Assembly: GCA_038087875.1 (NCBI GenBank)
Contig: JAXLNO010000666.1
Location: forward strand, 1-64,000
DNA length: 64,000 bases
Reading direction: 5' to 3'
DNA from: Malacoraja senta
Lineage: Eukaryota
The translations under genes and the position numbers were made by a program. Positions 37,801 through 49,249 of the stretch are shown here, piece after piece (the first letter of the stretch is position 1; each line of letters starts with the position of its first letter). The notes under the pieces are model-generated. The model had not been told where the DNA came from. It did not search any database and saw only the letters and a program-made list of their open reading frames with translations.

Positions 37801-40800
37801 GACGATGTAGAGTCGCTGTGGATAGAATTAAGGGATTGTAAAGGTAAGAAAACACTAATGGGAGTTACCTACAGGCCCCCAAACAGTAGCCTGGATATAC
37901 GGTACATTGCAGCAGGAGTTAAAATTGGCATGTAACAAAGGTAATGTCACAGGTACACAAAAATGCTGGAGAAACTCAGCGGGTGCAGCAGCATCTATGG
38001 AGCGAAGGAGATAGGCAACGTTTCGAGCCAAAACCCTTCTTCAGACTGTGGTTATGGGATGCAGGTAGACTGGGAAAATCAGGTTGGTTCTGGACCCCAA
38101 GAAAGGGAGTTTGTAGAGTGCCTCTGAGATGGATTATTAGAGCAGCTTGTACTGGAGCCTATCAGAGAGAAGGCAATTCTGGATTTAGTGTTATCTAATG
38201 AACCAGATTTAACAATGGAACTCAAGGTAAAGGAACCGCTAGAAGGTAGTGACCATAATATGATACGTTTTAATCTGCAATTTGAGAGGGAGAAGGTTAA
38301 ATCAGAAGTGTCAGTGTTGCAGTTGAACAAAGGGGCCTATGAAGGCATGAGAGAGTTGCTGCCCAAGGTCGACTGGAAAAGGATTCTAGCAGGAATGATG
38401 GTGGAACAGCAATGGCAGGAATTTCTGGGCATAATCCAGAAGATGCAGGATCATTTCATTCCAAAGAGGAAGAAAGATTCTAAGGGGAGTATGAAGCAAC
38501 TGTGGCTGACAAGGGTAGCGAGGGATGGAATAAAACTATAAGAAAAGGTGTATAACATAGCAAAGAGTAGCGGGAAGCCAGAGGATTGGAAACTTTCAAA
38601 GGACAACAGAAGGTAACAAAAAGGGCAATACGAGGTGAAAAGATGAAGTACTTGAGGGTAAGCTGGCCAAGAATATAAAGAAGGATAGTAAAAGCTTCTT
38701 TAGGTATGTTAAGAGAAAAAGATCAGTAAACATTAATGTGGATCCCTTGAAGACAGAAACAGATGAAATTATTATGGGGAACAAGGAATGGCAGAACAGT
38801 TGAACAGGTACTTTGGTTCTTCACTCAGGAAGACACAAACAATCTCCCAGATGTACGAGAGGACAGAGGATCTAGGGAGACAGAGGAATTGCAAGAAATT
38901 TGCATTAGGCGAGCAATAGTATTAGGTAGACTGATGGGACTGAAGGCTGATAAATCCCCAGGGCCTGATGGTCTGCATCCCAGGGTACTCAAGGAGGTGG
39001 CTCTAGAAATCGTGGACGCATTGGTGATCATTTTCCAATGTTCTATAGATTCTGGATCAGTTCATGTGGATTGGAGGGTAGCTAATGTTATCCCACTTTT
39101 CAAGAAAGGAGAGAGAAAGCAGGGAATTAGAGACCAGTTAGCCAGACCGGTGGTGGGGAAGATGCTGGAGTCAATTATCAAGGATTTAATAGCAGTAGGA
39201 GCATTTGGATAGCATTAACAGGATCGGTCCAAGTCAGCATGGATTTACAAAGGGGAAATTATGCTTGACAAATCTTCTGGAATTTTCTGAGGATGTAGCA
39301 AGTAAAATGGACGAGAGCCAGGGGATGTAGTGTACCTGAACTTTCAGGAAGCCTTTGATAAGGTCCCACGCTGGAGATTAGTGACAAAATTAGAGCACAT
39401 GGTTTTGCGGGTAGGGTACTGACACGGATAGAAAATTGGTTGGCAGACAGGAAACAAAGCAGGGATTAACGGGTCCCCTTCAGAATGGCAGGCAGTGACC
39501 AGTGGGGTACCGTAAGGCTTGGTGCTGGGACCGCAGCTATTTACAATATACATAAATGATTTAGATGACGGAGTTAAAAGTAACATTAGCAAATTTGCAG
39601 TTGACACAAAGCTGGGTGGAAGTGTGAACTGTGAAGAGGATGCTGTGAGGATGCAGGGTGATTTGGACAGGTTAGGTGAGTGGGCAGATGCAGTATAAGG
39701 AAAGCAGATTATTATCTGAATGGTGTCAGGTTAGGAAAAGGGGAAGTACAACGAGACCAGGTTGTCCTTGTACATCAGTCACTGAAAGTAAGCATGCAGG
39801 TATAACAGGCAGAGAAGAAAGCTAATGGCATGTTGGCCTTCATAACGAAAGGAGTTGAGTATAGGAGCTACAAGGTTCTTCTGCAGTTGTAAAGGGCCCT
39901 GGTGAGACCACACCTGGAGTATTGTGTGCAGTTTGTAGAATTTGTTGAAGGACATTCTTGCTATAGAGGGAGTGCAGCGTAGTTTCACGATGTTAATTCC
40001 CGGGATGCCAGGACTGTCATATGATGAAAGAATGGAGCAACTGGGCTTGTATTCACTGGAATTTAGAAGGATGAGAGGGATCTTATAGAAACATATAAAA
40101 TTATTAAGGGATTGGACACACTAGGCGCAGGAAACATGTTGTTGGGGGATGCCAGAACCAGGGGCCACCGTTTAAGAATAAGGGGTAGGCCATTTAGAAC
40201 TGAGATGAGGAAATTCACAGAGAGTTGTGAATTTGTGGAAATCTCTGCCTCAGAAGGCAGTGGAGGCCGATTCACTGGATGCATTCAAAAGAGAGTTAGA
40301 TGGCGCTCTGAGGGCTCGCGGAATCAAAGGATATGGGGAGAAGGCAGGAACGGGGTACTGATTGTGGATAATCAGCCATGATCACATTGAATGGCGGTGC
40401 TAGCTCAAAGGGCTAAATGCCCAACTCCTGCACCTAATGTCTATGTATCTATCTATATATCTATGTACCTCGTGGGTTTTCTCCTGTTGCTCTGACTTTC
40501 CTCCCACTTCTCAAAGACGTGCAGATTTGTTGGTTAATTGGCCTCTGTAAATTGTCCCTTGTGTGTTGAATTGAACTAGTGTACAGGTGATCGCTGGTCG
40601 GCACAGACCCGGTAGTCTAAAGGGCATGTTTCCATGCTGTATCTCTAAACTAAACTTTGGAAAACATTTTGAGCATCTCCTTGGTAATAATTTTAACCTT
40701 ATGCTGTAAAGCAAACCATGTGGGCCATTCAAATGTCCTCAGGCATTTAGTCACTCAGGAGAGAACAGCAATAGATTCTGTTTTGATTCCCCATCCCATT

Positions 40801-43800
40801 CCCATACTGACCTTTCTGTCCTGGGCCTCCTCCACAGTCAGAGTGAGGCCACACGCAAATTGAAGAACAGCACCTCATATTTTGCTTGGGCAGCTTACAA
40901 CCCAACAGCATGAGTATTGAAGGTAGACAAAAATGCTGGAGAAACTCAGTGGGTGAGGCGGCATCTATGGAGCGAAGGAAATAGGCAACTTTTCGGGTCG
41001 AGACCTTCGATTTTCCAGCATCTGTAGTTCCTTCTTAAACAGTACGAGTATTGATTTCTCTAACTTCAAGTAACTCCTGCATTCCCTCCCCTCCCCTCCA
41101 CTATCTCCTTTCCACCAACTGAGTCATCCCACCTGGCCGCATCCTGGTACCCCTCTCATTATCACACCTTCCCCAGCCAACAATGGGTCATTATGGGCTC
41201 CACCCTTCCTAACGTCATCTGTTGGCAGCCCTAATTTATTCTGGCCTTTTCTCGCCTCCAGTTTATTTGCCCCCCCCCCCTCTACTTTCAGTCTGAAGAA
41301 GGGTTCTGACCCTAAACGTCACTTATTATTTTTCTCCAGAGATGCTGCCTGGCCCGTTGTGTTACTCCAGCATTTTGTGTCTATCTTCAGTTATAACTTG
41401 CTGTGCCTTTTCTATGTATTCATGCTGTGTTCATGGTATTTCAACATATTTCTAATTAGACTGCCACAGTGGGACAGGGAACTGGGACCAGACGAGTTAT
41501 TTACCATTGCAGAGTGGATTGGCATGTTGGCGCAGTGGTAGTGTTGCTGCCTTACAGCGCCAGGGACCCAGGTATGATTTTGACTACGGGTGCTGTCTGT
41601 ACAGAGTTTGTACGTTCTCCCCGTGACCTGCCTGGGTTTTCCCTGGTGCTCCGCCTGGGTTTTCCCCGGTGCTCCAGTTTCCTCCAGCACACTCTAAAGA
41701 CGTACAGGCTTGTAGGTTAATTGGCTTCAGTAACGATTGTAAACTGTCCCCAGTGTGTAGGATAGTGCCAGTGTACGGGGTGATCGCTGGTCGGCACAGA
41801 CTCAGTGGGCCGAAGAGTCTGAATCCGCACTGTAAACTCTAAACAATAAGAATGCTGTTGACAACGGAGGTGAGGTTTAGATCATCAACTGCATTGTGTT
41901 GCTCTGTGTTCATTTTAAATTAAAATGTCTGTATTTTCACAGGAGTTCACCATGAGTTTTTACCTTTTACTCTAATTGGAATCCTATCAGCATTATCTGG
42001 AATTTTGGTTTTGTTTCTGCCTGAAACATTCAACGCTCCTCTCCCAGACACTATTGATCAAATGCAAAAAATCAGGGGGTAAGTTGTAGCAATGATCTCT
42101 ACTTTTGCCTCAGTTCTCAGCTTACATTAACGGCAAGCCCACGTTATAATTGACCGTAGGGAGGGGAACGGTATCCGTTATTGCCGATTGTACGCGATAA
42201 CCGAGTAAGGGATTATCGTTCTATAAGTAGTAGACACAAAATACTGCAGTTCCTGGTTAGTCATTGAGTCTTAGAGCGTGGAAACAGGCCCTTCGTCCCA
42301 ACTTGCCCACACCGGCCAACATGTCCCATCTACACTAGTCCCACCTGCCTGCATTTTGCTCATATCACTCTAAACCTGTCCTATCCATGTACCTAAGTGT
42401 TCCTTAAACATTGCGATAGTACCTGCCTCAAGTACCTCCTCCAGCGGCTCATTCCGTGCACCCTCGTTATTACAGCTCATGCCATATAACCATATAACAA
42501 TAACAGCACGGAAACAGGCCATCTCGGCCCTTCAAGTCCGTGCCGACACTTAAATTAAAAAAATTAAAATAAATATACTTCCCCCTAGTCCCATCTACCT
42601 GCACTCAGACCATAACCCTCCATTCCTTTCCCGTCCATATACCCATCCAATCTATTTTTAAAGGATAACCGAACCTGCCTCCACCACTTCCACTGGAAGC
42701 TCATTCCACACAGCTACCACTCTCTGAGTAAAGAAGTTCCCCCTAATGTTACCCCTAAACTTCTGTCCCTTAATTCTCAAGTCATGTCCCCTTGTTTGAA
42801 ATCTTCCCTACTCTCAATGGGAAAAGCTTATCCACGTCCACTCTGTCTAACCCGCTCATAATTTTAAAGACCTCTATCAAGTCCCCTCTTAACCTTCTGC
42901 GCTCCAAAGAATAAAGACCTAACTTGTTTAACCTTTCTCTGTAACTTAGTTGCTGAAACCCAGGCAACATTCTAGTAAATCTCCTCTGTACTCTCTATTT
43001 TGTTGACATCCTTCCTATAATTAGGTGACCAAAATTGTACTCCATACTCCAGAATTGGCCTCACCAATGCCTTGTACAATTTTAACATTACATCCCAACC
43101 TCTATATTCAATGCTCTGATTTATAAAGGCCAGCACACCAAAAGCTTTCTTTACCACCCTATCTACATGAGATTCCACCTTCAGGGAACTATGCACAGTT
43201 ATTCCTAGATCCGTCTGTTCAACTGCATCCCTCAATTCGCTACCATTTACCATGTACGTCCTATTTTGATTTGTCCTGCCGAGATGTAGCACCTCACATT
43301 TATCAGCATTAAACTCCATCTGCCATCTTTCAGCCCACTCTTCCAAATGGCCTAAATCTCTTTGTAGACTTTGAAAATCTACTTCATTATCCACAACACC
43401 ACCTATCTTAGTATCATCTGCATACTTACTAATCCAATTTTCCACACCATCATCCAGATCATTGATGTACATGACAAACAACAGTGGACCCAACACAGAC
43501 CCCTGAGGCACTCCACTAGTCACCGGCCTCCAACCTGACAAACAGCCATCCACCATTACTCTCTGGCATCTCCCATTCAGCCACTGTTGAATCCATCCTG
43601 CTACTCCACCATTAATACCCAACAATTGAATCTTCTTAACCAACCTTCCATGAGGAACCTTGTCAAAGGCCTTACTGAAGTCCATATAGACAACATCCAC
43701 TGCTTTACCCTCATCAATTTCCCTAGTAACCTCTTCGAAAAATTCAAGAAAATTAGTCAAACATGACCTTCCAGGCACAGATCCATGTTGACTGTTCCTA

Positions 43801-46800
43801 ATCAGACCCTGCTTATCCAGATGCTTATATATATTATCTTTAATTATCCTTTCCATTAATTTGCCCACCACTGACGTCAAACTAACAGGTCTATAATTGC
43901 TAGGTTTACTCTTAGAACCCTTTTTAAACAACGGAACAACATGCGCAGTACACCAATCCTCCGGCACTATTCCCGTTTCTAATGACATTTGAAATATTTC
44001 TGTCATAGCCCCTGCTATTTCTACACTAACTTCCCTCAATGTCCTAGGGAATATCCTGTCAGGACCTGGAGACGTATCCGTTTTCATATTTTTCAAAAGT
44101 GTCCGCACCTCCTCTTCTTTGAATCTCATAGTTTCCATTGCTACTCTGCTTGTTTCCCTTACCTCACATAATTCCATATCCTTCTCCTTGGTGAATACCG
44201 AAGAAAAGAAATTGTTCAATATCTCCCCCATCTCTTTTGGCTCTGCAGATAGCTGTCCACTCTGACTCTCTAATGGACCAATTTTATTCCTTATTATCCT
44301 TTTGCTATTAATATAGCTGTAGAAACCCTTTGGATTTACTTTCACCTTACTTGCCAAAGCAACCTCATATCTTCTTTTAGCTTTTCTAATTTCTTTCTTA
44401 ATATTCTTTTTACATTCTTTATACTCCTCAAGCACCTCATTTACTCCATGCTGCCTATAATTATTGTAGATCTCTCTCTTTTTCCGAACCGTGTCCAATT
44501 TCCCTTGAAAACCATGGCTCTTTCCAATTTTTACTATTTCCTTTCAACCGAACAGGGACATAAAGATTCTGTACGCTTAAAATTTCACCCTTAAATATCC
44601 TCCATTTCTCTTCTACGTCCTTCCCATAAAACAACGTCCCAATTCACTCCTTTTAAATCCTTTCGCATCTCCTCAAAGTTAGCCTTTCTCCAATCAAAAA
44701 TCTCAACCCTAGGTCCAGTTCTGACCCTCTCCATAATTATATTGAAACGAATGGTATTGTGATCACTGGACCCGAAGTGCTCCCCGACGCATACCTCCGC
44801 CACCGGCCTGTCTCATTTCCTAACAGAAGGTCCAGCACTGCCCCTTCTCTAGTAGGTACCTCTATGTATTGCTGCAAAAAACTATCCTGCACACATTTTA
44901 CAAACTCCAAACCATCCAGCCCTTTTACAGAATGTGTTTCCCAGTCGATGTGTGGAAAATTGAAATCTCCCACAATCACTACCTTGTGCTTACTACTAAT
45001 ATCTGCTATCTCCTTACATATTTGCTCTTCCAATTCTCGCTCCCCATTTGGCGGTCTATAATACACCCCTATAAGTGTTGCTACACATTTCCCATTTCTC
45101 AGTTCCACCCAAATAGCCTCCCTAGACGAGCCCTCTAATCTATCCTGCCAAAGCACTGCTGTAATATCTTCCTTGACAAGCAATGCAACACCCCCACCTC
45201 TTGCCCCTCCAATTCTATCACCCCTGAAGCAACGAAATCCTGGAATATTTAGTTTCCAATCACAGCCCTCCTGCAACCATGTTTCACTGATCGCCACAAC
45301 ATCATACTTCCAGGTGTCAATCCAGGCTCTAGGCTCATCCACCTTTCTTACAATGCTCCTAGCATTAAAATATATACATTTAAGAAACCCACCACCACTT
45401 ATTCTCTGTTTATTATCTTTTTCTTCTTTCTCCCCTACATTTTGGTTCCGAGTGCTTCCCTTCTTTGCCTCCTGCCTCCCACATTTTCTACTAGCTTTCT
45501 CTATTTGAGTCCCTCCCCCCAACCGTTCTAGTTTAAAGTCTCCCCAGCAGCCTTTGCAAATCTCCCCGCCAGGATATTGGTCCCCCTCGGGTTCAAGTGC
45601 AACCCGTCCTTTCTGTACAGGTCACACCTTCCCCAAAAGAGGTCCCAATGATCCAGAAATTTGAATCCCTGCCCACTGCACCAGTTCCTCAGCTATGCAT
45701 TTATCCTCCACCTCATTCCATTCCTACTCTCACTGTCGCGTGGCACAGGTAGTAATCCTGAGATTGTTACCTTTGCGGTCCTTCTCCTTAACTCTCCTCC
45801 CAACCCTAAATTCTCCTTTCAGGACCTCTTCCCTTTTTCTGCCTATGTCATTGGTACCTATATGTACCACAACCTCAGGCTCCTCTCCCTCCGATTTCAG
45901 GATATCTTGGACGCGTTCAGACACATCCCTGACCCTGGCACCAGGGAGGCAAACTACCATCCGGGTCTCCTGACTGCACCCACAGAATCGCCTATCTGAC
46001 CCCCTAACTATAGAGTCCCCTATTACTATTGCCCTCCTCTTGCAGAGCCCCGGCCGCAGGGGAGGGGGGGAATTAGACCCGCTGATCGGCGCGGAAGCCT
46101 CGATGAGGTCGAGATCGTCCGCCTCACCCGGCCTAGGCGACACATTTTCGGGGGGACTTCCGGGGAGGATTGCAAATGCTCTCCCGTAATTTTAAGTTCA
46201 AATCAAGTTCAAGTTCAAGTAAGTTTATTGTCAAGTGTCATAGGACAATGAAATTCTTGCTTTGCTTCAGCACAACAGAACATAGAAGGCATTGATTAAT
46301 TTTGTCCAGATTACAGGAGGTACTGGAACACCAGTTGCCGGAAAATCTGTGGTGGAACTGCAATGAGTTTCATTGTTAACATATCACCTGACACTATTCT
46401 AATAACACCAATACAGAATGACAAATGTGACTGCACACGTCCGTGGAATGTGTTGAGGAGATGTCCATCAACATTCATTCTTGATAACATTCTTTATGGG
46501 CGGCACAGTGGCTCAGCAGTAGACTTGCTACTTTTAACGCGAGAGACCTGGGTTCGATCCTGACTACGGGTGCTGTCTGTATGGAGTTTATACGTTCTCA
46601 TTGTGACTTGCATGGATTTTCTCCGGGTGCTCTGGTTTCCTCCCACACTCCAAAGATATACACGCTTGTAGGTTAATTAGCTTGGTATCACTGTAAATTG
46701 TTCCTAGTGTGTGTAGGATTGTGCTAGTGTATGGGGATTGCTGGTCGGCGGGACTCAGTGGGTCGAAGGGCCTGTTTCCACACTGTATCTGAATTAAACT

Positions 46801-46929
46801 AAACTAAATAATGTTTTTTGATTTGTTTGCAGATTCAAATATAGGCGTACATTTCCTTCAAAAAATCACTTCAATTTTTATAAGAAAGGAAAACTTGAAC
46901 ATCGTGCTCAAAATGTGGAAGAGATTTAA
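6645..46929 (+). CDS. slc22a5: SLC22 OCTN-type organic cation/carnitine transporter (SLC22A5/SLC22A4-like), 10 coding exons, 1677 nt, 558 aa
   Basis: Exons 6645-7031, 11001-11104, 12375-12529, 22416-22587, 26211-26337, 28892-28992, 29860-30074, 37082-37264, 41943-42078 and 46833-46929 join into one open frame, and all introns are GT-AG. Internal exon sizes (104/155/172/127/101/215/183/136) match the mammalian SLC22A5 pattern as I recall it. Motifs: [48 protein letters not shown]. Orthology to A5 versus A4 is not resolved. Confidence 0.93.
7058..7087 (+). repeat. (GCTCCG)n hexamer repeat just after the exon 1 donor
   Basis: Directly visible. Confidence 0.9.
7535..8484. mobile_element. PIF/Harbinger non-autonomous element
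   Basis: TIR AGGGCCTGTCCCACTTAGGCGATTTTT / AAAAATCGCCTAAGTGGGACAGGCCCT; degenerate TWA flanks (CAA/TTA); subterminal GTCGTAG repeats. Confidence 0.8.
8905..10402 (-). mobile_element. Tc1-family transposon (IR/DR type, ~210-bp TIRs) with a decayed transposase
   Basis: CAGTGCCCTCCATAATG...CATTATGGAGGGCACTG|TA; inner direct repeats at ~9100 and ~10190; motifs WTDETK, QDN.PKH, WPSQSP/LNPIEH. Confidence 0.92.
11001..11104 (+). CDS. slc22a5: SLC22 exon 2 ([35 protein letters not shown])
   Basis: tttctcag| acceptor, |gtgagt donor, 104 nt. Confidence 0.95.
11270..11646. mobile_element. Short CR1 3' insertion with internal inversion (minus 11270-11445; plus 11459-11646)
   Basis: CR1 3'UTR on the minus strand joined to [21 protein letters not shown] sequence on the plus strand. 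Confidence 0.7.
12375..12529 (+). CDS. slc22a5: SLC22 exon 3 ([11 protein letters not shown]...[12 protein letters not shown])
   Basis: ctttgtag| acceptor, |gtatgt donor, 155 nt. Confidence 0.95.
12620..13722 (-). mobile_element. CR1 LINE 3' fragment
   Basis: ORF track 12698-13705 shows RT and C-terminal motifs; (TAGACAA)n tail. Confidence 0.9.
13786..14085 (+). mobile_element. HE1-like tRNA-derived SINE
   Basis: tRNA-like head, conserved core, CR1-like tail GGGCCTGT...CTGTATCTCTAAAG. Confidence 0.8.
14973..17667. mobile_element. DNA transposon (hAT-like CAGGG TIR) with a probable 9-bp TSD and many nested insertions
   Basis: Perfect 13-bp TIR CAGGGCTGCCAAC / GTTGGCAGCCCTG; shared subterminal CTCACGC motifs; flanks CCATGACAT (14964-14972) and CCATGAGAT (17668-17676). 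Confidence 0.65.
17423..17584. mobile_element. Small Harbinger-type MITE
   Basis: GGGCCTGTCCCACT...ACAGGCCCT termini like those of 7535-8484. Confidence 0.65.
17668..18052 (-). pseudogene. Copper amine oxidase (AOC1/AOC2/AOC3 family) gene fragment, antisense in SLC22 intron 3
   Basis: Stop-free minus frame [116 protein letters not shown] matches the AOC pattern PLQF.P.GPR...W.F.F...SG...YE.S.QE...YGG.....D...G....L..GVDCPY.AT. Confidence 0.85.
18648..19650 (-). mobile_element. L1-clade LINE 3' fragment (ORF2 C-terminal CCHC region and A-rich tail)
   Basis: [10 protein letters not shown]...CDKC......HSFVFC...FW motif; A-rich tail at ~18648-18686. Confidence 0.88.
21037..21723. mobile_element. 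PIF/Harbinger MITE with ~65-bp TIRs and TAA TSD, containing a Penelope palindrome and an inner MITE
   Basis: TAA|AGCCCCTGTCCCACTTAC...GTAAGTGGGACAGGCCCT|TAA; inner GGGCCTGTCCCAC at ~21497 and GTGGGACCGGCCC at ~21623. Confidence 0.85.
21907..22368 (+). mobile_element. CR1 3' fragment next to a SINE head, ending ~47 nt upstream of exon 4
   Basis: [16 protein letters not shown]...; CR1 3'UTR and tail. Confidence 0.88.
22416..22587 (+). CDS. slc22a5: SLC22 exon 4 ([19 protein letters not shown]...YIPLWW)
   Basis: ttcttgcag| acceptor, |gtatgt donor, 172 nt. Confidence 0.95.
22654..22982 (+). mobile_element. HE1-like tRNA-derived SINE. Representative copy; others at about 11960-12243(-), 16260-16545(-), 23680-23972(-), 24226-24440, 28540-28840, 30239-30470, 41519-41845, 46498-46808, 47286-47660, 54680-54982(-)
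   Basis: A box TGGCGCAGCG, B box GGTTCAATCC, conserved core, (TAAAC)n tail. Confidence 0.85.
26211..26337 (+). CDS. slc22a5: SLC22 exon 5 ([22 protein letters not shown]...FTELE)
   Basis: atttcag| acceptor, |gtaaca donor, 127 nt. Confidence 0.95.
26390..26850 (+). mobile_element. Penelope-like element fragment (GIY-YIG endonuclease)
   Basis: Translates [36 protein letters not shown]...[16 protein letters not shown]. Confidence 0.88.
26960..28260 (-). mobile_element. CR1 3' fragment interrupted by a palindromic Penelope insert (27675-27972)
   Basis: CR1 RT and C-terminal ORF fragments; the insert is flanked by a 14-bp duplication ACAAGGACACACAG. Confidence 0.85.
28892..28992 (+). CDS. slc22a5: SLC22 exon 6 ([34 protein letters not shown])
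   Basis: tatcccag| acceptor, |gtgagt donor, 101 nt. Confidence 0.92.
29860..30074 (+). CDS. slc22a5: SLC22 exon 7 ([26 protein letters not shown]...QFIPT)
   Basis: gttgcag| acceptor, |gtaaat donor, 215 nt. Confidence 0.95.
33065..35543. mobile_element. Non-autonomous hAT-like (hAT5-type) element with a 5-bp TSD, inserted in a SINE
   Basis: TTAGT|CAGGGCTC...GAGCCCTG|TTAGT; subterminal CCGGGCAAC motifs at both ends; the SINE halves rejoin across it. Confidence 0.8.
36500..36975 (+). mobile_element. Rex1/L2-group LINE 3' fragment
   Basis: IIKDQSHP...[12 protein letters not shown]...[14 protein letters not shown] sequence and (TAAAC)n tail. Confidence 0.7.
37082..37264 (+). CDS. slc22a5: SLC22 exon 8 ([14 protein letters not shown]...[36 protein letters not shown])
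   Basis: tatttag| acceptor, |gtatga donor, 183 nt. Confidence 0.93.
37380..40465 (+). mobile_element. Long CR1 LINE (APE endonuclease + RT), decayed, in intron 8
   Basis: GITETWL, YRPPN, SDHN and RT motifs; multiple frameshifts; Penelope insert at ~37950-38048. Confidence 0.92.
40790..41390 (+). mobile_element. Penelope-like element 3' fragment with terminal hammerhead-like region
   Basis: [12 protein letters not shown]-terminus, as at ~26680; 3' region ends in CTGAAGAAGGG...AAACGTC...GAGATGCTGCC. Confidence 0.8.
41943..42078 (+). CDS. slc22a5: SLC22 exon 9 ([12 protein letters not shown]...[20 protein letters not shown])
   Basis: ttttcacag| acceptor, |gtaagt donor, 136 nt. Confidence 0.95.
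42488..46040 (-). mobile_element. Near-full-length CR1 LINE with SGNH-esterase ORF1 remnant and ORF2 (APE + RT), in intron 9
   Basis: ORF1 VIGDSIVR...CLPGA...HIGTND; ORF2 NARSI, SETWL, GDFN, 508-aa RT segment; tail shared with the SINEs. Confidence 0.93.
46833..46929 (+). CDS. slc22a5: SLC22 probable last coding exon ([10 protein letters not shown]...AQNVEEI*)
   Basis: tttgtttgcag| acceptor in the correct phase; non-repeat sequence; gives a family-typical total length. The C-terminus is poorly conserved, so this exon is less certain. Confidence 0.75.
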
Positions 46930-49249
46930 CCTGCTCGGTACTGAATCCAGCGATACAGAAGTGGACTATTATTATTTTTCCTGGTTTAATATGAAATGAT
47001 CATCTATTGAAATATCGGTAACAATGTGTAACCAAAATACTCAGGGACCATTGTGAACTGCACAGATTAACAGTATATGTCATCATTTACATTTGCACAG
47101 GTTTACAAAAGAAAACGATCAAATTTAGGGCTTTGTCAGGTATATTTTGATATTTAGACAACTAATCGATGGGGCATACCAGCTGCTCAGCAACCATACA
47201 GTTTGCAGGGTGGACATTTTGATGGTAACTGCCACACTTTAGGGTCCCAGGGGCATAGGACTCATTAGGATGAAGCCTCCCAATTCGGGCGGCACGGTAG
47301 CACAGCGGTAGAGTTGCTACCTCACAGCACCAGAGGACCTGGGTTCGATCCTGGCCACGGGTGGTTAAGCTAGATGTGGGACATTCTACTACGGGTTTTG
47401 ACTTTGACTAAGGGTGCTGTCTGTACAGAGTTTGTACGTTCTCCCCGCGATCTGTGTGGGGGTTTTCCGGGTACTCGGGTTTCCTCTCACATTACAAGGA
47501 CGTGCAGGTTTGCAGGTTAATTGGCTTCTGTAAATTGCCACTAGTGTGCAGGATGCGTAACTAGGATAACAAAGAACTAGTGTACGGGTGATTGTTGGTC
47601 AGCGTGGAGTCAATGGGCCAAAGGGCCAATTTCCAAGCTGTATCTCTAAACTAAACTAAAGTAATCGTCAGTTGATCTCAATCACCGGTAAAGTAGGTGC
47701 ACAAAAGGCCACCGAGGTCTGGAGTCCTAGGGTATCAGCGGTTTCACTAATTCTGTGGGGGCATAAGTTCATAAGTTTGGGGAGCAGAATAAGACCATTC
47801 AGCCAATCAAGTCTACTCCACCTTTCAATAATGGCTGATCTATCTTTCCCTGAACCCCATTCTTCTGCCTTCGCCCCATAACCACTGACACCCTTAAATG
47901 CCGCTGTGACCCCCAGAAAAACAATGAGGAAGTTCCCATGGCTGGAACTCCCAGCTCTTACCTCACGTGTGAATGTCCCACATCTAGTTTAACCAACTCC
48001 AACCCAGAAAAGCAGTCATATTCTTATGCTCCCAAAGCAACCTACTTGTTGAAGACTGGGGAGAGATTTGAGGGCCTAAGTGTATGCCCCTTTGCCCCTT
48101 CAAGCCTTTTAATGGGTCGATTTTAATGGGTCAGTATGGATCACAATCCCCATTTGAGAACCTATCTACCATTGCAAGGTTGCCAGCAATAGTGAAAATT
48201 GCCCCATTCAAATTATATTCTCTGGTCACTCTTCGATGAGAGAAATGTTGCAATGAACCAAATAATTTCAATTGATATTAATTACTACTGATGATGGATA
48301 TTGATCGTGCCCCTGCTGAAATCCCTTTTTACTGCTGAATTAAAATGGGAAATATATAATTAGGTCAAAACACATAGAGAAAATATATCGAGACAAGCAT
48401 TGCAAATTGGGATACATCCTTTAAATGGCAGCACAATACCAAAAAAAAGAGTAATGGTTAGTAAAGAGTAAAGGAATCCTGATTGAAATAGTATGCAGGA
48501 AGGAACTGCAGATGCTGGTTGGTTCAGAAGATATACATAAAATGCTGGAGTAGCTCAGCAGGTCGGGCAGCATCTCTGGAGAAAAGGAATTGGTGCCGTT
48601 TTGGGATGGAACCCTTCTTCAGATTTCCAACCTGAAACGTCACCTACTCCTTTTCTTCAGAGATGCCACCTGACCCGCTGAGTTACTCAAGAATTTTGTG
48701 GCTACCTTCTGATTGAAATAGTGTTTGGAGATAATGGCTAGAAAATTTGGTGATGAAGAAGCATTGAGATATTTTACACATGGAGTAAATTGCAAACTAG
48801 CACTTAGATGCCTTTCCGTGATCAGAAACCATACTCAAGATCAGTTTCCTAAACTCAGGGTATGCCTGGTCTGCAGGAGATGGGGCTTTTAGACTTACAA
48901 ATCTTTGTGTATTTATAATGGGGATATGCGGTGGCAGTCAGAGAGAGATATCTCAACAATGTTCTATATGTTGTGTGGGAAGCCAGAGGAAAACTCTGGG
49001 ACTGGTGGTGGCCACACGGTTTGTTGGGTATAAAATTGGGCAGGTATGTGATTGAGGGACTTGGCCGTTAAATGGTGATGGGTGAATGATGTCAGTTGGT
49101 GATTAAATGTTAAAGTATAAAGCTTTTGATGGTAAGAGTTCATAAAGGTGACAAATGTGGAAATGAATACAGCTGTAAGTAATATATGAACTCTTCTTGG
49201 ACAAGGTGTGGCTTTTGTTGCAATCATTGATTGAAAGTGATCAATGCTA

